Positions 21,859 to 30,821 of a stretch of DNA of 64,000 nt are shown in pieces. Source of the DNA: an uncultured Actinomycetota bacterium (GTDB taxonomy: Bacteria > Actinomycetota > Actinomycetes > Mycobacteriales > Mycobacteriaceae); the NCBI GenBank assembly GCA_963730415.1, contig CAVSSC010000018.1, positions 28,273 through 92,272 on the forward strand. Direction: 5' to 3'. The first letter of the stretch is position 1, and every line of letters starts with the position of its first letter. Both the position numbers and the translations under genes were made by a program. The notes under the pieces are model-generated. The model made no database searches and was not told the origin of the DNA. It saw only the letters and a program-made list of their open reading frames with translations.

Positions 21859-22087
21859 CTAACGTAGGCAATCTTCCACGGTCCTGAGCTCGGCGGACAT
21901 ATTCCGCCCCATCATCTTGAGCGCCGCCGCGCCCAGGTCGGCGTCGATGTGGGCGACGGCGTCGGTCGCGATCACGACGGGGAAGTTGCGCACGTAAGTG
22001 TCAAGGGCGCTTGGGTATTAGCTCTTCAGCGTCGGGATGCTGATAAGTGTTCATCATGTCGACCACCAGGACAGCAGTGTCGCTCAT
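21859..22087 (-). pseudogene. isochorismatase/cysteine-hydrolase family gene remnant (internal deletion plus frame change)
   Basis: My hand translation of the - strand gives MSDTAVLVVDMMNTYQHPDAEELIPKRP followed by a stop at 22001-22003. In another frame it continues LDTYVRNFPVVIATDAVAHIDADLGAAALKMMGRNMSAELRTVEDCLR and stops at 21859. These look like the N- and C-termini of an approximately 180-200 aa family, with the middle missing. Confidence 0.65.
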
Positions 22088-22145
22088 GCTGTGGGGATAC
22101 CCGGCGGCTACGAGTTGACACCCTTCAGGCGACAATGGAAGGGCG

Positions 22146-24188
22146 ATGGACTTTTACAACGTTTACAGCCAGGGGTTTGTCCGCGTCGCCGCGTGCACCC
22201 ATCACGTCGAGATCGGCGATCCGGCGGCCAATGCCGAGTCGGTCTTGCGGTTGGCGCGCGAGTGCCACGACGACGGCGTCGCCGTGGCCATTTTCCCGGA
22301 GCTGGCGCTGTCCGGGTACTCCATCGAGGACATCGTGCTGCAAGACCTGTTGCTCGACGACGTCAAAGACGCCGTCGAGAATGTCGTCGCGTCCTCGACC
22401 GATCTCTTGCCGGTTTTGGTCGTCGGCGCCCCGCTGCGCTATCGGCACCGCATCTACAACACCGCAGTGGTCATCCACCGCGGCGCGGTACTCGGTGTGG
22501 CGCCCAAGTCGTACCTTCCCACCTACCGGGAGTTCTACGAGCGCCGCCAAATCGCACCCGGAGACGACGAGCGCGGCACCATCCGCATCTGTGACATCGA
22601 GGCCCCGTTCGGCCCCGATCTGCTATTCGCCGCATCTGACGTACCCGGCTTCGTATTGCACGTCGAAATCTGCGAGGACATGTTTGTGCCGATTCCGCCC
22701 AGCGCGGAAGCGGCGTTGGCGGGGGCGACGGTGCTGGCCAACCTGTCGGGCAGCCCGATCACGATCGGCCGCTCCGAGGATCGAAAGCTGTTGGCCCGCT
22801 CGGCATCGGCGCGGTGTCTGGCCGCCTACATGTACGCCGCCGCCGGACAGGGCGAATCGACAACCGACCTGGCATGGGACGGCCAGACCATGATCTGGGA
22901 GAACGGTGTGCTGCTCGCCGAATCCGAGCGCTTCCCCTTGGGAGAGCGACGGTCGGTCGCCGACGTCGACACCGGGCTGCTTCGCTCAGAACGGCTGCGA
23001 ATGGGGACCTTCGACGATAACCGGCGTCACCACCGGGGGTCGGCGGAGTCGTTCCGGCGCATCGAGTTCCGGCTGGACCCGCCGGCCGGCGACATCGGAC
23101 TACGGCGCGAAGTTGAGCGCTTTCCGTTCGTCCCCGCCGATCCGCAACGGCTGCAACAGGACTGCTATGAGGCCTACAACATCCAGGTCTCCGGACTCGA
23201 ACAGCGGCTGCGTGCGTTGAACTACCCGAAGGTCGTCATCGGGATTTCCGGTGGGCTGGACTCGACCCACGCGCTGATCGTCGCCGCACGTGCGATGGAT
23301 CGCGAAGACCGCCCGCGCAGCGACATTCTGGCGTTCACCCTTCCCGGCTTCGCGACCGGCGATCGCACAAAGCGCAATGCAATCGAGCTGTGCCGGGCAC
23401 TTGGTGTCACCTTCTCCGAAATCGACATCACCGAGACCGCAAAGTTGATGCTCAAGGAGATCGACCATCCGTTCTCGCGCGGTGAGAAGGTTTACGACGT
23501 CACCTTCGAGAACGTCCAAGCTGGCCTGCGCACCGACTACCTTTTCCGGCTGGCCAACCAGCGCGGCGGCATCGTGTTGGGCACCGGTGACCTCTCCGAG
23601 CTGGGGCTGGGCTGGTCGACATACGGGGTCGGCGACCAGATGTCGCACTACAACGTCAATGCCGGCGTGCCCAAGACGCTGATCCAGCACCTGATCCGCT
23701 GGGTCATCTCATCGGAGCAGTTCGACTCACAAGTGGGCGAGGTACTGCAGTCGGTGCTCGACACCGAGATCACCCCGGAACTCGTTCCGAGCGGTGAAGA
23801 GGAAGAGCTGCAGAGCAGCGAGGCGAAGGTCGGACCGTTCGCTCTGCAAGACTTTTCACTCTTCCATGTGCTGCGCTACGGATTCCGGCCGTCGAAGATC
23901 GCGTTCCTGGCCTGGCATGCGTGGAGCGACCCCGAGCACGGCAACTGGCCGCCCGGATTCCCCGATGACAAACGGCCGTCCTACTCGCTCAAGGAGATTC
24001 GGCACTGGCTGCAAGTCTTCGTGCAGCGGTTCTACTCGTTCAGCCAGTTCAAACGCTCGGCATTGCCCAACGGCCCCAAGGTGGCGCACGGGGGTGCGCT
24101 GTCGCCGCGGGGAGATTGGCGCGCCCCGTCGGATATGTCCGCGCGCATCTGGCTCGACGAGATCGAACACGAGGTTCCCGAGGAGTAG
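22146..24188 (+). CDS. nadE: glutamine-dependent NAD+ synthetase
   Basis: 680 aa. N-terminal CN-hydrolase (glutaminase) domain plus a C-terminal NAD synthetase domain with the SGGLDS PP-loop. Confidence 0.96.
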   Translation: MDFYNVYSQGFVRVAACTHHVEIGDPAANAESVLRLARECHDDGVAVAIFPELALSGYSIEDIVLQDLLLDDVKDAVENVVASSTDLLPVLVVGAPLRYRHRIYNTAVVIHRGAVLGVAPKSYLPTYREFYERRQIAPGDDERGTIRICDIEAPFGPDLLFAASDVPGFVLHVEICEDMFVPIPPSAEAALAGATVLANLSGSPITIGRSEDRKLLARSASARCLAAYMYAAAGQGESTTDLAWDGQTMIWENGVLLAESERFPLGERRSVADVDTGLLRSERLRMGTFDDNRRHHRGSAESFRRIEFRLDPPAGDIGLRREVERFPFVPADPQRLQQDCYEAYNIQVSGLEQRLRALNYPKVVIGISGGLDSTHALIVAARAMDREDRPRSDILAFTLPGFATGDRTKRNAIELCRALGVTFSEIDITETAKLMLKEIDHPFSRGEKVYDVTFENVQAGLRTDYLFRLANQRGGIVLGTGDLSELGLGWSTYGVGDQMSHYNVNAGVPKTLIQHLIRWVISSEQFDSQVGEVLQSVLDTEITPELVPSGEEEELQSSEAKVGPFALQDFSLFHVLRYGFRPSKIAFLAWHAWSDPEHGNWPPGFPDDKRPSYSLKEIRHWLQVFVQRFYSFSQFKRSALPNGPKVAHGGALSPRGDWRAPSDMSARIWLDEIEHEVPEE

Positions 24189-24196
24189 CGCGATCA

Positions 24197-24749
24197 TCAG
24201 CCGGGGCGCTCGTAGGTGCCGGTCAATACGCCCCGGGCCAGCACATGACCGCTCATCGCGGCCAGCAGAGCTTTGGATGTGGTGACGGTGTCGCCAATGG
24301 GTTCGTCGATCGCGAAGACATGAAATCGGTAGTGGTGCGGCCCATGGCCGGGGATCGGGCGTGGTCCGGCATAGCCGTGGTGACCCAAATCCGCCCGGAT
24401 GAACCGCATTCCCGGGCTTCCCGGCTGCAACGAATCCGCGGCGGTGCCGTCAAGCGTAGGTTCGACCACCGCGACGGTGTGCCGCATTGGGCGGGGCAGC
24501 GGAACATCGACGTCGTCGATGATGAGCACTACCTGCCGGGGTCCCGGCTGGTAGCCCGTCCCAGCGCAACGGCGGGGAAACGTTGTCGCCGACGCCCTTT
24601 CCGGCGCTGGAAGTCGGCATGACGCCGCCGTCGGTGAACGCGGTGCTGGTCACCGTGATGGAGGTGGGCGCGTCAAAGCCACTGCCGGCCAGCGGACTTC
24701 GATGCGCGCCCGCGCGGACTCCGCGGAGCAGCCTTCCCAGTAGCGCCAT
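24197..24749 (-). pseudogene. YbhB/YbcL (PEBP) family protein, frameshifted
   Basis: The N-terminal part (ITVTSTAFTDGGVMP...NVSPPLRWDGLPAGT) is in ORF 24450..24749. The C-terminal part (LIIDDVDVPLP...GPHHYRFHVFAID) is in ORF 24197..24529. The frames join around the C/G run at 24536-24545. The start overlaps the leuD-like stop (TAATG). Confidence 0.7.
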
Positions 24750-25309
24750 TAGGCGCCACTCCCGGCGCCGCGGATCGCCACGGTGGGTGACCGCAGCAGG
24801 TCGCCGAGCTCGACCGGCAGGTAACCCTGTGCCACCAACCGCGGCAATACGCCGCCGCTTTCGATGATGTCGAGGATGAGGTCGGGCAGTTTAGGGACGC
24901 TTCCCGACACCCCCGTGGTGTCGTTACGCCATGTGCCGGCGGTCAGATCGAACGTTCCGGTGTCACCCTCCCGAAACAGGGCGGTGGCGTCGGGAACGGT
25001 CATCGCCGGTAGGCCGGCGTTGACGGCATTGCGGAAAAACAGGGAATTGAATTCCTCGGCGACGAGTCCGGCGACGCCGAGCTCGACGAAAAGGGCCGCC
25101 ACTGGCCGCGACGACCCGAGCCCGAAATTCTTGCCGGCCAGCACGATGTCACCCGGTGCCACCTGGTCCGTCCAACCCGGGCGGACCTCGTAGAAGATAT
25201 GCTTGGCCGCCTCCGGCGGGTCCATCTTCATGGCGAAAGCCGGGTACATGGCATCGGTATTCAGGTTGTCGCCGAACACCCACACCTTTCCGCTAAAGAC
25301 GACCGTCAT
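24749..25309 (-). CDS. aconitase-family dehydratase small subunit (LeuD-like)
   Basis: 186 aa starting [23 protein letters not shown]..., with [14 protein letters not shown] overlap with the large subunit. The rest of the 458-aa track ORF is an artefactual extension. Confidence 0.85.
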   Translation of the reverse strand: MTVVFSGKVWVFGDNLNTDAMYPAFAMKMDPPEAAKHIFYEVRPGWTDQVAPGDIVLAGKNFGLGSSRPVAALFVELGVAGLVAEEFNSLFFRNAVNAGLPAMTVPDATALFREGDTGTFDLTAGTWRNDTTGVSGSVPKLPDLILDIIESGGVLPRLVAQGYLPVELGDLLRSPTVAIRGAGSGA

Positions 25310-26547
25310 GCCGTCACACTCCTTGGGTCGGTGATATAGCCGGTGATCGCAGACGCAGCAACCGTCGCCGGTGACGCCATGAAGATCTCCGCCTCGGTGC
25401 TGCCCATGCGTCCGGTGAAGTTGCGGGTGCTCGAGGTGATGCACACTTCCCCGGGGCCCAGCACACCCATGTGGTAACCGAAACACGCGCCGCAGGTGGA
25501 GTTCGTGATGACCGCACCGGCGTCCGCCAGGTCCTGCAAGTACCCCAACCGCATGGCTTCCCGGTACACGGCCTGTGAGGCGGGCGTAACCAATAGTCGA
25601 ACGCCCGGAGCAACGGCCTTGCCGCGCAGCACCTGTGCGGCGATCTGGAGGTCCTCGAGCTGGCCGTTGGCGCAGGAGCCGATGAATGCTTGGTCCACCT
25701 TCTGCCGGCCCAGCTGTGAGACCGGCAGCCCATTGCGGCTGACGGTGCCCGGCCGCGCTACATACGGTTCCAGCGTCGCCAGGTCGACATGCCGGACCTC
25801 TTGGTACGTTGCGTCGGAATCCGGTGTGGCAGCGTCGTATTCGGTGACGCCACGCTCGCCGAGAAACGACGTCAAAACGTCGTCGGGCTCGAACGTGCCG
25901 AAGTCGGCGGAAACCTCGGCGCACTGGGTCGCGATGGTGCGCCGATCGTGCATCGGGATGCCGGCCAGACCGGAGCCGCCGAATTCCAGGTTCAGGTTGG
26001 GGGCGTCGCCGTACTCGTTGGCAATATGCAGGAAGATGTCCTTGCCGCTCACAGTGTGTGGCTTGGCGCCGTCGAGCTGGTAGCGGATGGTCGGCGCGAC
26101 TTGGAACCACGTCGTGCCGGTGCACATGATCGAATAGACCTCCGCGGGCCCCAGCCCCCGCGCCGCGGTGTTGTAGGCGCCCGCAGCGCAGGTATGAGAA
26201 TCGGTGCAGGCCAGTATTTCTCCCGGGCGGGCCAGTCCGTTCTCGGCGATCACCTGATGGCAGATACCGTGCCGTCCGACATCATAGAACCGCTCGATGC
26301 CGAAGTCGGCGACGAATTTTCGGGCGTGTGAGCCGCCGGCGGCATCTTTGATGGTTGGTGCCGGCACGGCGTGGTCCATGACGACCGCCAGCTTATCGGG
26401 GTCGTGAATCCGATTGGGCGCAATCCACATCGTGGCGAACTGCAGATCGATGAGGACGGTCATATCGACCCCGACCACGACGGTGTCACCCGGCGACACC
26501 GAATCCAGACCTGCCTTGCGGGCGAAGATCTTTTCGATGATCGTCAT
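25306..26547 (-). CDS. aconitase-family dehydratase large subunit (LeuC / homoaconitase-like)
   Basis: [13 protein letters not shown]... Fe-S ligand regions are present: CTDSHT, and GSCANG followed by NSTCGAC. The start at 26547 gives an ATGA overlap with the upstream gene (alternative ATG 26553). Confidence 0.87.
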   Translation of the reverse strand: MTIIEKIFARKAGLDSVSPGDTVVVGVDMTVLIDLQFATMWIAPNRIHDPDKLAVVMDHAVPAPTIKDAAGGSHARKFVADFGIERFYDVGRHGICHQVIAENGLARPGEILACTDSHTCAAGAYNTAARGLGPAEVYSIMCTGTTWFQVAPTIRYQLDGAKPHTVSGKDIFLHIANEYGDAPNLNLEFGGSGLAGIPMHDRRTIATQCAEVSADFGTFEPDDVLTSFLGERGVTEYDAATPDSDATYQEVRHVDLATLEPYVARPGTVSRNGLPVSQLGRQKVDQAFIGSCANGQLEDLQIAAQVLRGKAVAPGVRLLVTPASQAVYREAMRLGYLQDLADAGAVITNSTCGACFGYHMGVLGPGEVCITSSTRNFTGRMGSTEAEIFMASPATVAASAITGYITDPRSVTA

Positions 26548-27428
26548 GCCCATAAGGGGTCCTTCCGAGAGTAGCGGGCGTCGAGCTCGAGCCATTCGGC
26601 CATCCCCACCAAGTTGAAGAAATCGGCGGGCTTGGTGGGCAGATGCGGGGCGATGTCAGTGCCGTTGAGTTCGCAAAGGCTTTGCAGCATACCGAAAGTG
26701 GCCTGTATCAGGAGGTTGCTTGGATGGATCGCGATTGCGTATCCCAACTCCTGCAGCCGCGACGCCGACTGCAGCGGCGTCATGCCACCGAGCACCAGAT
26801 TGATCAGCAGGGGAGCGTCCACTTCACGTGCGATGCGCTCGATTTCGCCGGTGTCCTGCGGCGCCTCCACAAAGATGATGTCCGCGCCCGCTTGCGCGTA
26901 CCGGTTGGCACGCTCGATCGCCGCGTCCAGGCCGAGTGGGGCGCGTGCGTCGGTGCGGGCCACCACCAGCAGGTTCTCGTCGGACCTGGCGTCCAGCGCG
27001 GCGGCGAGCGTCTGTGCGAATACTGCCGCGTCGACGACCTGCTTGTCCGGCAGGTGCCCGCAACGCTTGGGGAACACCTGATCTTCCAACTGGATCGCGG
27101 CCACACCCGCTGCGTCGTAGGAACGGACCGTGCGGACCACGTTCATGGGTGCGCCGTAGCCGGTGTCGGCGTCGGCGATCAGCGGAATGTCGCCTAATGC
27201 GCCGGCGATCATCGCGACCCGATCGGCCATTTCGGTCGCCGTGACGAGACCGATGTCGGGCAACCCGAAGCCCGACGCCGCCACGCCGGCCCCGGTCATA
27301 TACGCAGCTACGTGGCCGGTCCGCTTGGTCAGGTGCGCGGAGATACCGTCGAAAACGCCCGGCGCAATGATGAGTTCGTGCTTGTCCAGCAGGTCTTTCA
27401 GCCGCTGGCGGGCCGGTGTCGTGGCCAT
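26544..27428 (-). CDS. isocitrate lyase / PEP mutase superfamily enzyme (2-methylisocitrate lyase-like)
   Basis: 294 aa. Family motifs DADTGYG and EDQVFPKRCGHL (the KRCGH catalytic loop). Confidence 0.85.
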   Translation of the reverse strand: MATTPARQRLKDLLDKHELIIAPGVFDGISAHLTKRTGHVAAYMTGAGVAASGFGLPDIGLVTATEMADRVAMIAGALGDIPLIADADTGYGAPMNVVRTVRSYDAAGVAAIQLEDQVFPKRCGHLPDKQVVDAAVFAQTLAAALDARSDENLLVVARTDARAPLGLDAAIERANRYAQAGADIIFVEAPQDTGEIERIAREVDAPLLINLVLGGMTPLQSASRLQELGYAIAIHPSNLLIQATFGMLQSLCELNGTDIAPHLPTKPADFFNLVGMAEWLELDARYSRKDPLWA

Positions 27429-27441
27429 GGTGCTCGTCCTT

Positions 27442-28872
27442 TCAGTCCAGTGCCCCCGCGACAGGGGCGGCGAGCAGATCTACCAGGTAGTTGGTGTCGT
27501 CAAGCTCGTCGAGACCGATTACCGCCTGCTCGATCGCGTCGGCGCGCCCGCGGCTGGTGACCCGGTCGGCGAGCGCGTGGAACTTCGCGACAAGTTCTTC
27601 GTCGGTGACCGGGTCGGTGGGCGCGCCGTGCGGCGCAGCGACGCAGGCATGGTGCACGGCACCATCACGCGTGGTCACCGCGACATCGGTGCGGAACTTC
27701 TCGGTGATGTCGGCGTGGGTCAGCGATTCGTCGAGGTGAACCGTCGTTGCCGCGATCAGCGACCAGATGTCGTCGGAATCGAGGCGGGCGGGGGTGAACT
27801 GCTCGGGCAGCACGTTGCCGTCGAGCAGCGCCGCGGCCGTGGCATACCCGATATTCATCTGGGCCCCAATCGGGGTGAGCGGGCGCTGTGGCAGCCACCA
27901 GCCGTGCTTGTAGATGGTTTCGCCGACGGTGATGTCGATCTGCGAGATATCTTCGGGCGCAACGGATCCGCGCAGTTGCCTGGCGCTGTCGATGGCTCCG
28001 TGCAATCCGCCCATTGCGGCGTAGGACTTGACCATGATGATGCTGGTCTCCCACCGCTGGCCGAGTTGGCCGGTCAGCAGCGAGGCATCGGGATCGTGGC
28101 CCTCACCGAAAACACTGAGAAATCCGCCATATTCGCGCTCGAACACCCGCTTGATTCCGGTATAGCCGGCTGCCGCCAGCCCCGCGGCGTAGAAGCCGTT
28201 GCGTGCCGCCAGGCCATGGTGCATGCGCTTGCTCATGGCCTCGTACTGGGCGGCCATCAGCCCCGAGGACTGGGTGCCGGCCAATCCGAGCGCGTCTTCC
28301 AGTTGCCCTGGTGGAAGTCCGCGCAACTTGCCGGATGCCATGGCCGCCGAGTGGGTGCCAAAGACGGATCCCGAGTGCCAGCCGCGGTCGAGCATCTGGG
28401 TGCCGTGCAGCGTGTAGCCGACCCGGGGACCAACTTCGAAGCCGGCGATTGCTGCCAGCAGGAGTTCGGCGCCCGTCGTTGGTTCCGGCCGTGTTGACGC
28501 CGTCGACAGCAGTGCCGGAATGAGCAGCGAGCAGCTGTGCAGCGGGGCGAGAGGATGGAAGTCATCGAGCTCGAAGCCCTGAATGAAGGTGCCGTTGAGT
28601 ATCGCTGCCGCGGGTGCGCCGGTCGTATGTCCAGTGCCGATGACGACAGTGTCGCCGGGGCTTTCCAAGCCGAGGACACCCTCGGTGGCGATTCGTGACC
28701 ACGGCAATTGCGCCCCGACCAGGGCGCAGCCCATGCCGTCCAGCAGGAGGTGTTTTGCACGGTCGACGACGGTCTGGGGGACATCATCGAGCGTGAGACC
28801 GGCAACCCAGGTGGCAAGTCGCCCGGTCGGCCCTGCTGGATCAGTGGCGGCCTGCTGTTGTACCGCGGTCAT
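27442..28872 (-). CDS. MmgE/PrpD-family protein (2-methylcitrate dehydratase / cis-aconitate decarboxylase family)
   Basis: About 476 aa from ATG 28872 (MTAVQQQAATDP...LATWVAGLTLDDVP...AKHLLLDGMGCAL), which is typical of the PrpD fold. Confidence 0.85.
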   Translation of the reverse strand: MTAVQQQAATDPAGPTGRLATWVAGLTLDDVPQTVVDRAKHLLLDGMGCALVGAQLPWSRIATEGVLGLESPGDTVVIGTGHTTGAPAAAILNGTFIQGFELDDFHPLAPLHSCSLLIPALLSTASTRPEPTTGAELLLAAIAGFEVGPRVGYTLHGTQMLDRGWHSGSVFGTHSAAMASGKLRGLPPGQLEDALGLAGTQSSGLMAAQYEAMSKRMHHGLAARNGFYAAGLAAAGYTGIKRVFEREYGGFLSVFGEGHDPDASLLTGQLGQRWETSIIMVKSYAAMGGLHGAIDSARQLRGSVAPEDISQIDITVGETIYKHGWWLPQRPLTPIGAQMNIGYATAAALLDGNVLPEQFTPARLDSDDIWSLIAATTVHLDESLTHADITEKFRTDVAVTTRDGAVHHACVAAPHGAPTDPVTDEELVAKFHALADRVTSRGRADAIEQAVIGLDELDDTNYLVDLLAAPVAGALD

Positions 28873-28893
28873 CCGATCTCCCCTTAAGCCTGT

Positions 28894-28917
28894 AGTTGTT
28901 ATATACATATAACAACT
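28894..28917. promoter_or_regulatory. candidate GntR operator: AGTTGTTATAT-ac-ATATAACAACT
   Basis: Perfect 11-bp inverted arms containing a GT-N-TA-N-AC-type core. It is the only AT-rich element in the 68-nt divergent region between the PrpD-like and GntR genes. Confidence 0.6.
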
Positions 28918-28940
28918 GATCGGACTACGCAAGGGACCGT

Positions 28941-29765
28941 GTGGAAGCATTGACCACCATGCACCAGAGCAGCAGTAAGGCCGGACCGGTGTCGACCGTG
29001 GCCGGGGTGCCGTTGCACCGGCAGCTGTTCTTGGTGCTGCACGACGAGATCGACCGCGGCGTCATCGCGCCCGGCGATGCGTTGCCCACCGAGCAGACAC
29101 TGTGCGACCAGTTCGGGGTTTCTCGTATCACGGTGCGCCGGGCACTGGCGGACCTAGCCGAACAGGGATACATCGAGCGCAGGCGCGGCGTCGGTTCGTT
29201 TGTGCGCCAGCACGGTCCGGCGGACGTGTCATCGGGGGGCCGCTCATACACGGAAGGGCTGCGACAGACCCAGTTCGAAACCGAGGTCGACGTGGTCGAA
29301 CTCGGCGTGCGACGCCCCCCGCGGGTCATCGCCGAAGCGCTCGAGACGTCTGGCGAGCTGGTGCACATTGTGCGGGTACGGCGGCAACGCAGGACCGGCG
29401 AGCCGTTGATGGTGAGTGACGCCTGGCTGCCGCAGGAACTGGCCGACGTGTTGACCGAGCCCGCGTTGCGGCGCGCGCCGCTCTACGATCTGCTGTCAGA
29501 TGCCGGAGTCGTCGTGGATCGCGTCCGGCACGAAATTACGGCCGAGATCGCGGGCCCACGCAACGCACAGTTGCTCGACACGGCGATCGGCGCTGCGCTG
29601 CTGCGCGTCAACCGCCTGGCATTTGTGGCTGACGCGCCGCATCACTACCTGTCGGCTCTACTATCGCCGAGCCGCAGTCGCGTGCTGCTCAGCCAAACGG
29701 CGGACGAAATGGAGAATGCCGACGGCATCACAATCGCCCACGACGTCGGCCGGCATTCCAGCTAG
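28941..29765 (+). CDS. GntR-family transcriptional regulator (HutC subfamily, UTRA effector domain)
   Basis: wHTH region LPTEQTLCDQFGVSRITVRRALADLAEQGYIERRRGVGSFV, followed by a UTRA-like C-terminal domain. Start is GTG 28941 or ATG 28959. Confidence 0.88.
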   Translation: MEALTTMHQSSSKAGPVSTVAGVPLHRQLFLVLHDEIDRGVIAPGDALPTEQTLCDQFGVSRITVRRALADLAEQGYIERRRGVGSFVRQHGPADVSSGGRSYTEGLRQTQFETEVDVVELGVRRPPRVIAEALETSGELVHIVRVRRQRRTGEPLMVSDAWLPQELADVLTEPALRRAPLYDLLSDAGVVVDRVRHEITAEIAGPRNAQLLDTAIGAALLRVNRLAFVADAPHHYLSALLSPSRSRVLLSQTADEMENADGITIAHDVGRHSS

Positions 29766-30694
29766 CGTGGTGTCTCCTGCGCGTCCCGCAGCATCGCGTC
29801 GATCGCTTCGGCATCCGGTGCGCAGTCACCGGCGCCGGGCACCAGTGTCGCGAGCGCACCGGCGGCGCAGGCACGCTGCAACGCGCGCAGCCGCTCGGCC
29901 CTTAAAGCTGGATTGGCACCTGGATTGCGCGGCCAGTTGGCGGCCAGCACTCCCGCGAACACGTCGCCGGCTCCGGAGGTGTCCACCGCCGCCACCGCGG
30001 GGGTGGGTACGGCAAATTCGCCGTCGGCGCCAACGTACCGGGCGCCGCGCGCACCGAGCGTAATCACCAAGTGGGTTGGGCGCCACGGCCAATCGTTGGC
30101 TTCGGCTTCGTTGGCAATCACTACGTCTGCGGCGGCTGCCAGTTCAGGCAAGGTGCTTCGGTCCTGGCCGACCGGCGAGGCATTGACGATGACGACCGCC
30201 CCGGCCGAACGGGCTTGTTGTGCCGCCGCCACCGCTGTCCTCACCGGAATCTCCAACTGGGTCAACAACACATCGCAGTCGGAAATGACCGTGCGCACAG
30301 CCCCGGCGGCTAGCGTCAGCTGCCCATTGGCACCCGGCGCGACCACAATAATGTTCTCGGCGTTGGCATCGACCACGACGATCGCCGTGCCGCTCGGCCC
30401 GGGGAGCTCGACGGTCCCCTCCAGCCCAACACCGTTGGCCAGCAGGTGAGCACGCAACTGTCCGGCGGCTGGGTCGTCGCCGACGGCGCCGACGAACTGC
30501 ACCCGCGCGCCGGCGCGCGCCGCTGCCACGGCCTGATTGCCGCCCTTGCCGCCGGGGGCGTACGTCAACGACGACGCCAGTACCGTCTCGCCCCGACGTG
30601 GAAGGGCATCGACGCCCAACGACAGATCCATGTTCACGCTGCCGACCACACAGACTCGTCCCACTGCGCCGACCTTAGTCGGGTCGAGTTTCAC
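29762..30694 (-). CDS. rbsK: ribokinase
   Basis: PfkB family: GGKGGNQA and DTSGAGD motifs. The start is GTG 30694 or GTG 30664. The 461-aa track ORF over-extends upstream. Confidence 0.88.
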   Translation of the reverse strand: MKLDPTKVGAVGRVCVVGSVNMDLSLGVDALPRRGETVLASSLTYAPGGKGGNQAVAAARAGARVQFVGAVGDDPAAGQLRAHLLANGVGLEGTVELPGPSGTAIVVVDANAENIIVVAPGANGQLTLAAGAVRTVISDCDVLLTQLEIPVRTAVAAAQQARSAGAVVIVNASPVGQDRSTLPELAAAADVVIANEAEANDWPWRPTHLVITLGARGARYVGADGEFAVPTPAVAAVDTSGAGDVFAGVLAANWPRNPGANPALRAERLRALQRACAAGALATLVPGAGDCAPDAEAIDAMLRDAQETPR

Positions 30695-30821
30695 TGCGCA
30701 GCGGAGCGCCGGCAGCTTGGACGCTAAATCGCTTTGCGGCAAACGCCGATATCTCGAGGTCGGCACGCTAGTCTGCTGCCTTAGCAATGCCGATATCCAG
30801 TCACAGAAATGGGGAAGGCGA

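Noticed and set aside
21949-22893. 314-aa + strand ORF overlapping the nadE 5' half in another frame
   Set aside because: Its composition is Arg/Ser/Pro/Cys-rich and it has no motifs. nadE (22146-24188) and the - strand isochorismatase remnant account for the region.
24749-26125. Long N-terminal extensions in the ORF track (458 aa here; similarly 29762-31147, 30537-33017, 47721-49142, 57831-58790, 58492-59334, 10279-11064, 55233-56492)
   Set aside because: The extensions overlap the preceding genes and are not protein-like. Internal starts with Shine-Dalgarno-like sequences or ATGA/TGATG coupling give proteins of the expected family length.
27163-28497. 444-aa + strand ORF opposite the PrpD-like gene
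   Set aside because: It is antisense to a gene with clear MmgE/PrpD similarity. The translated sequence is low complexity.
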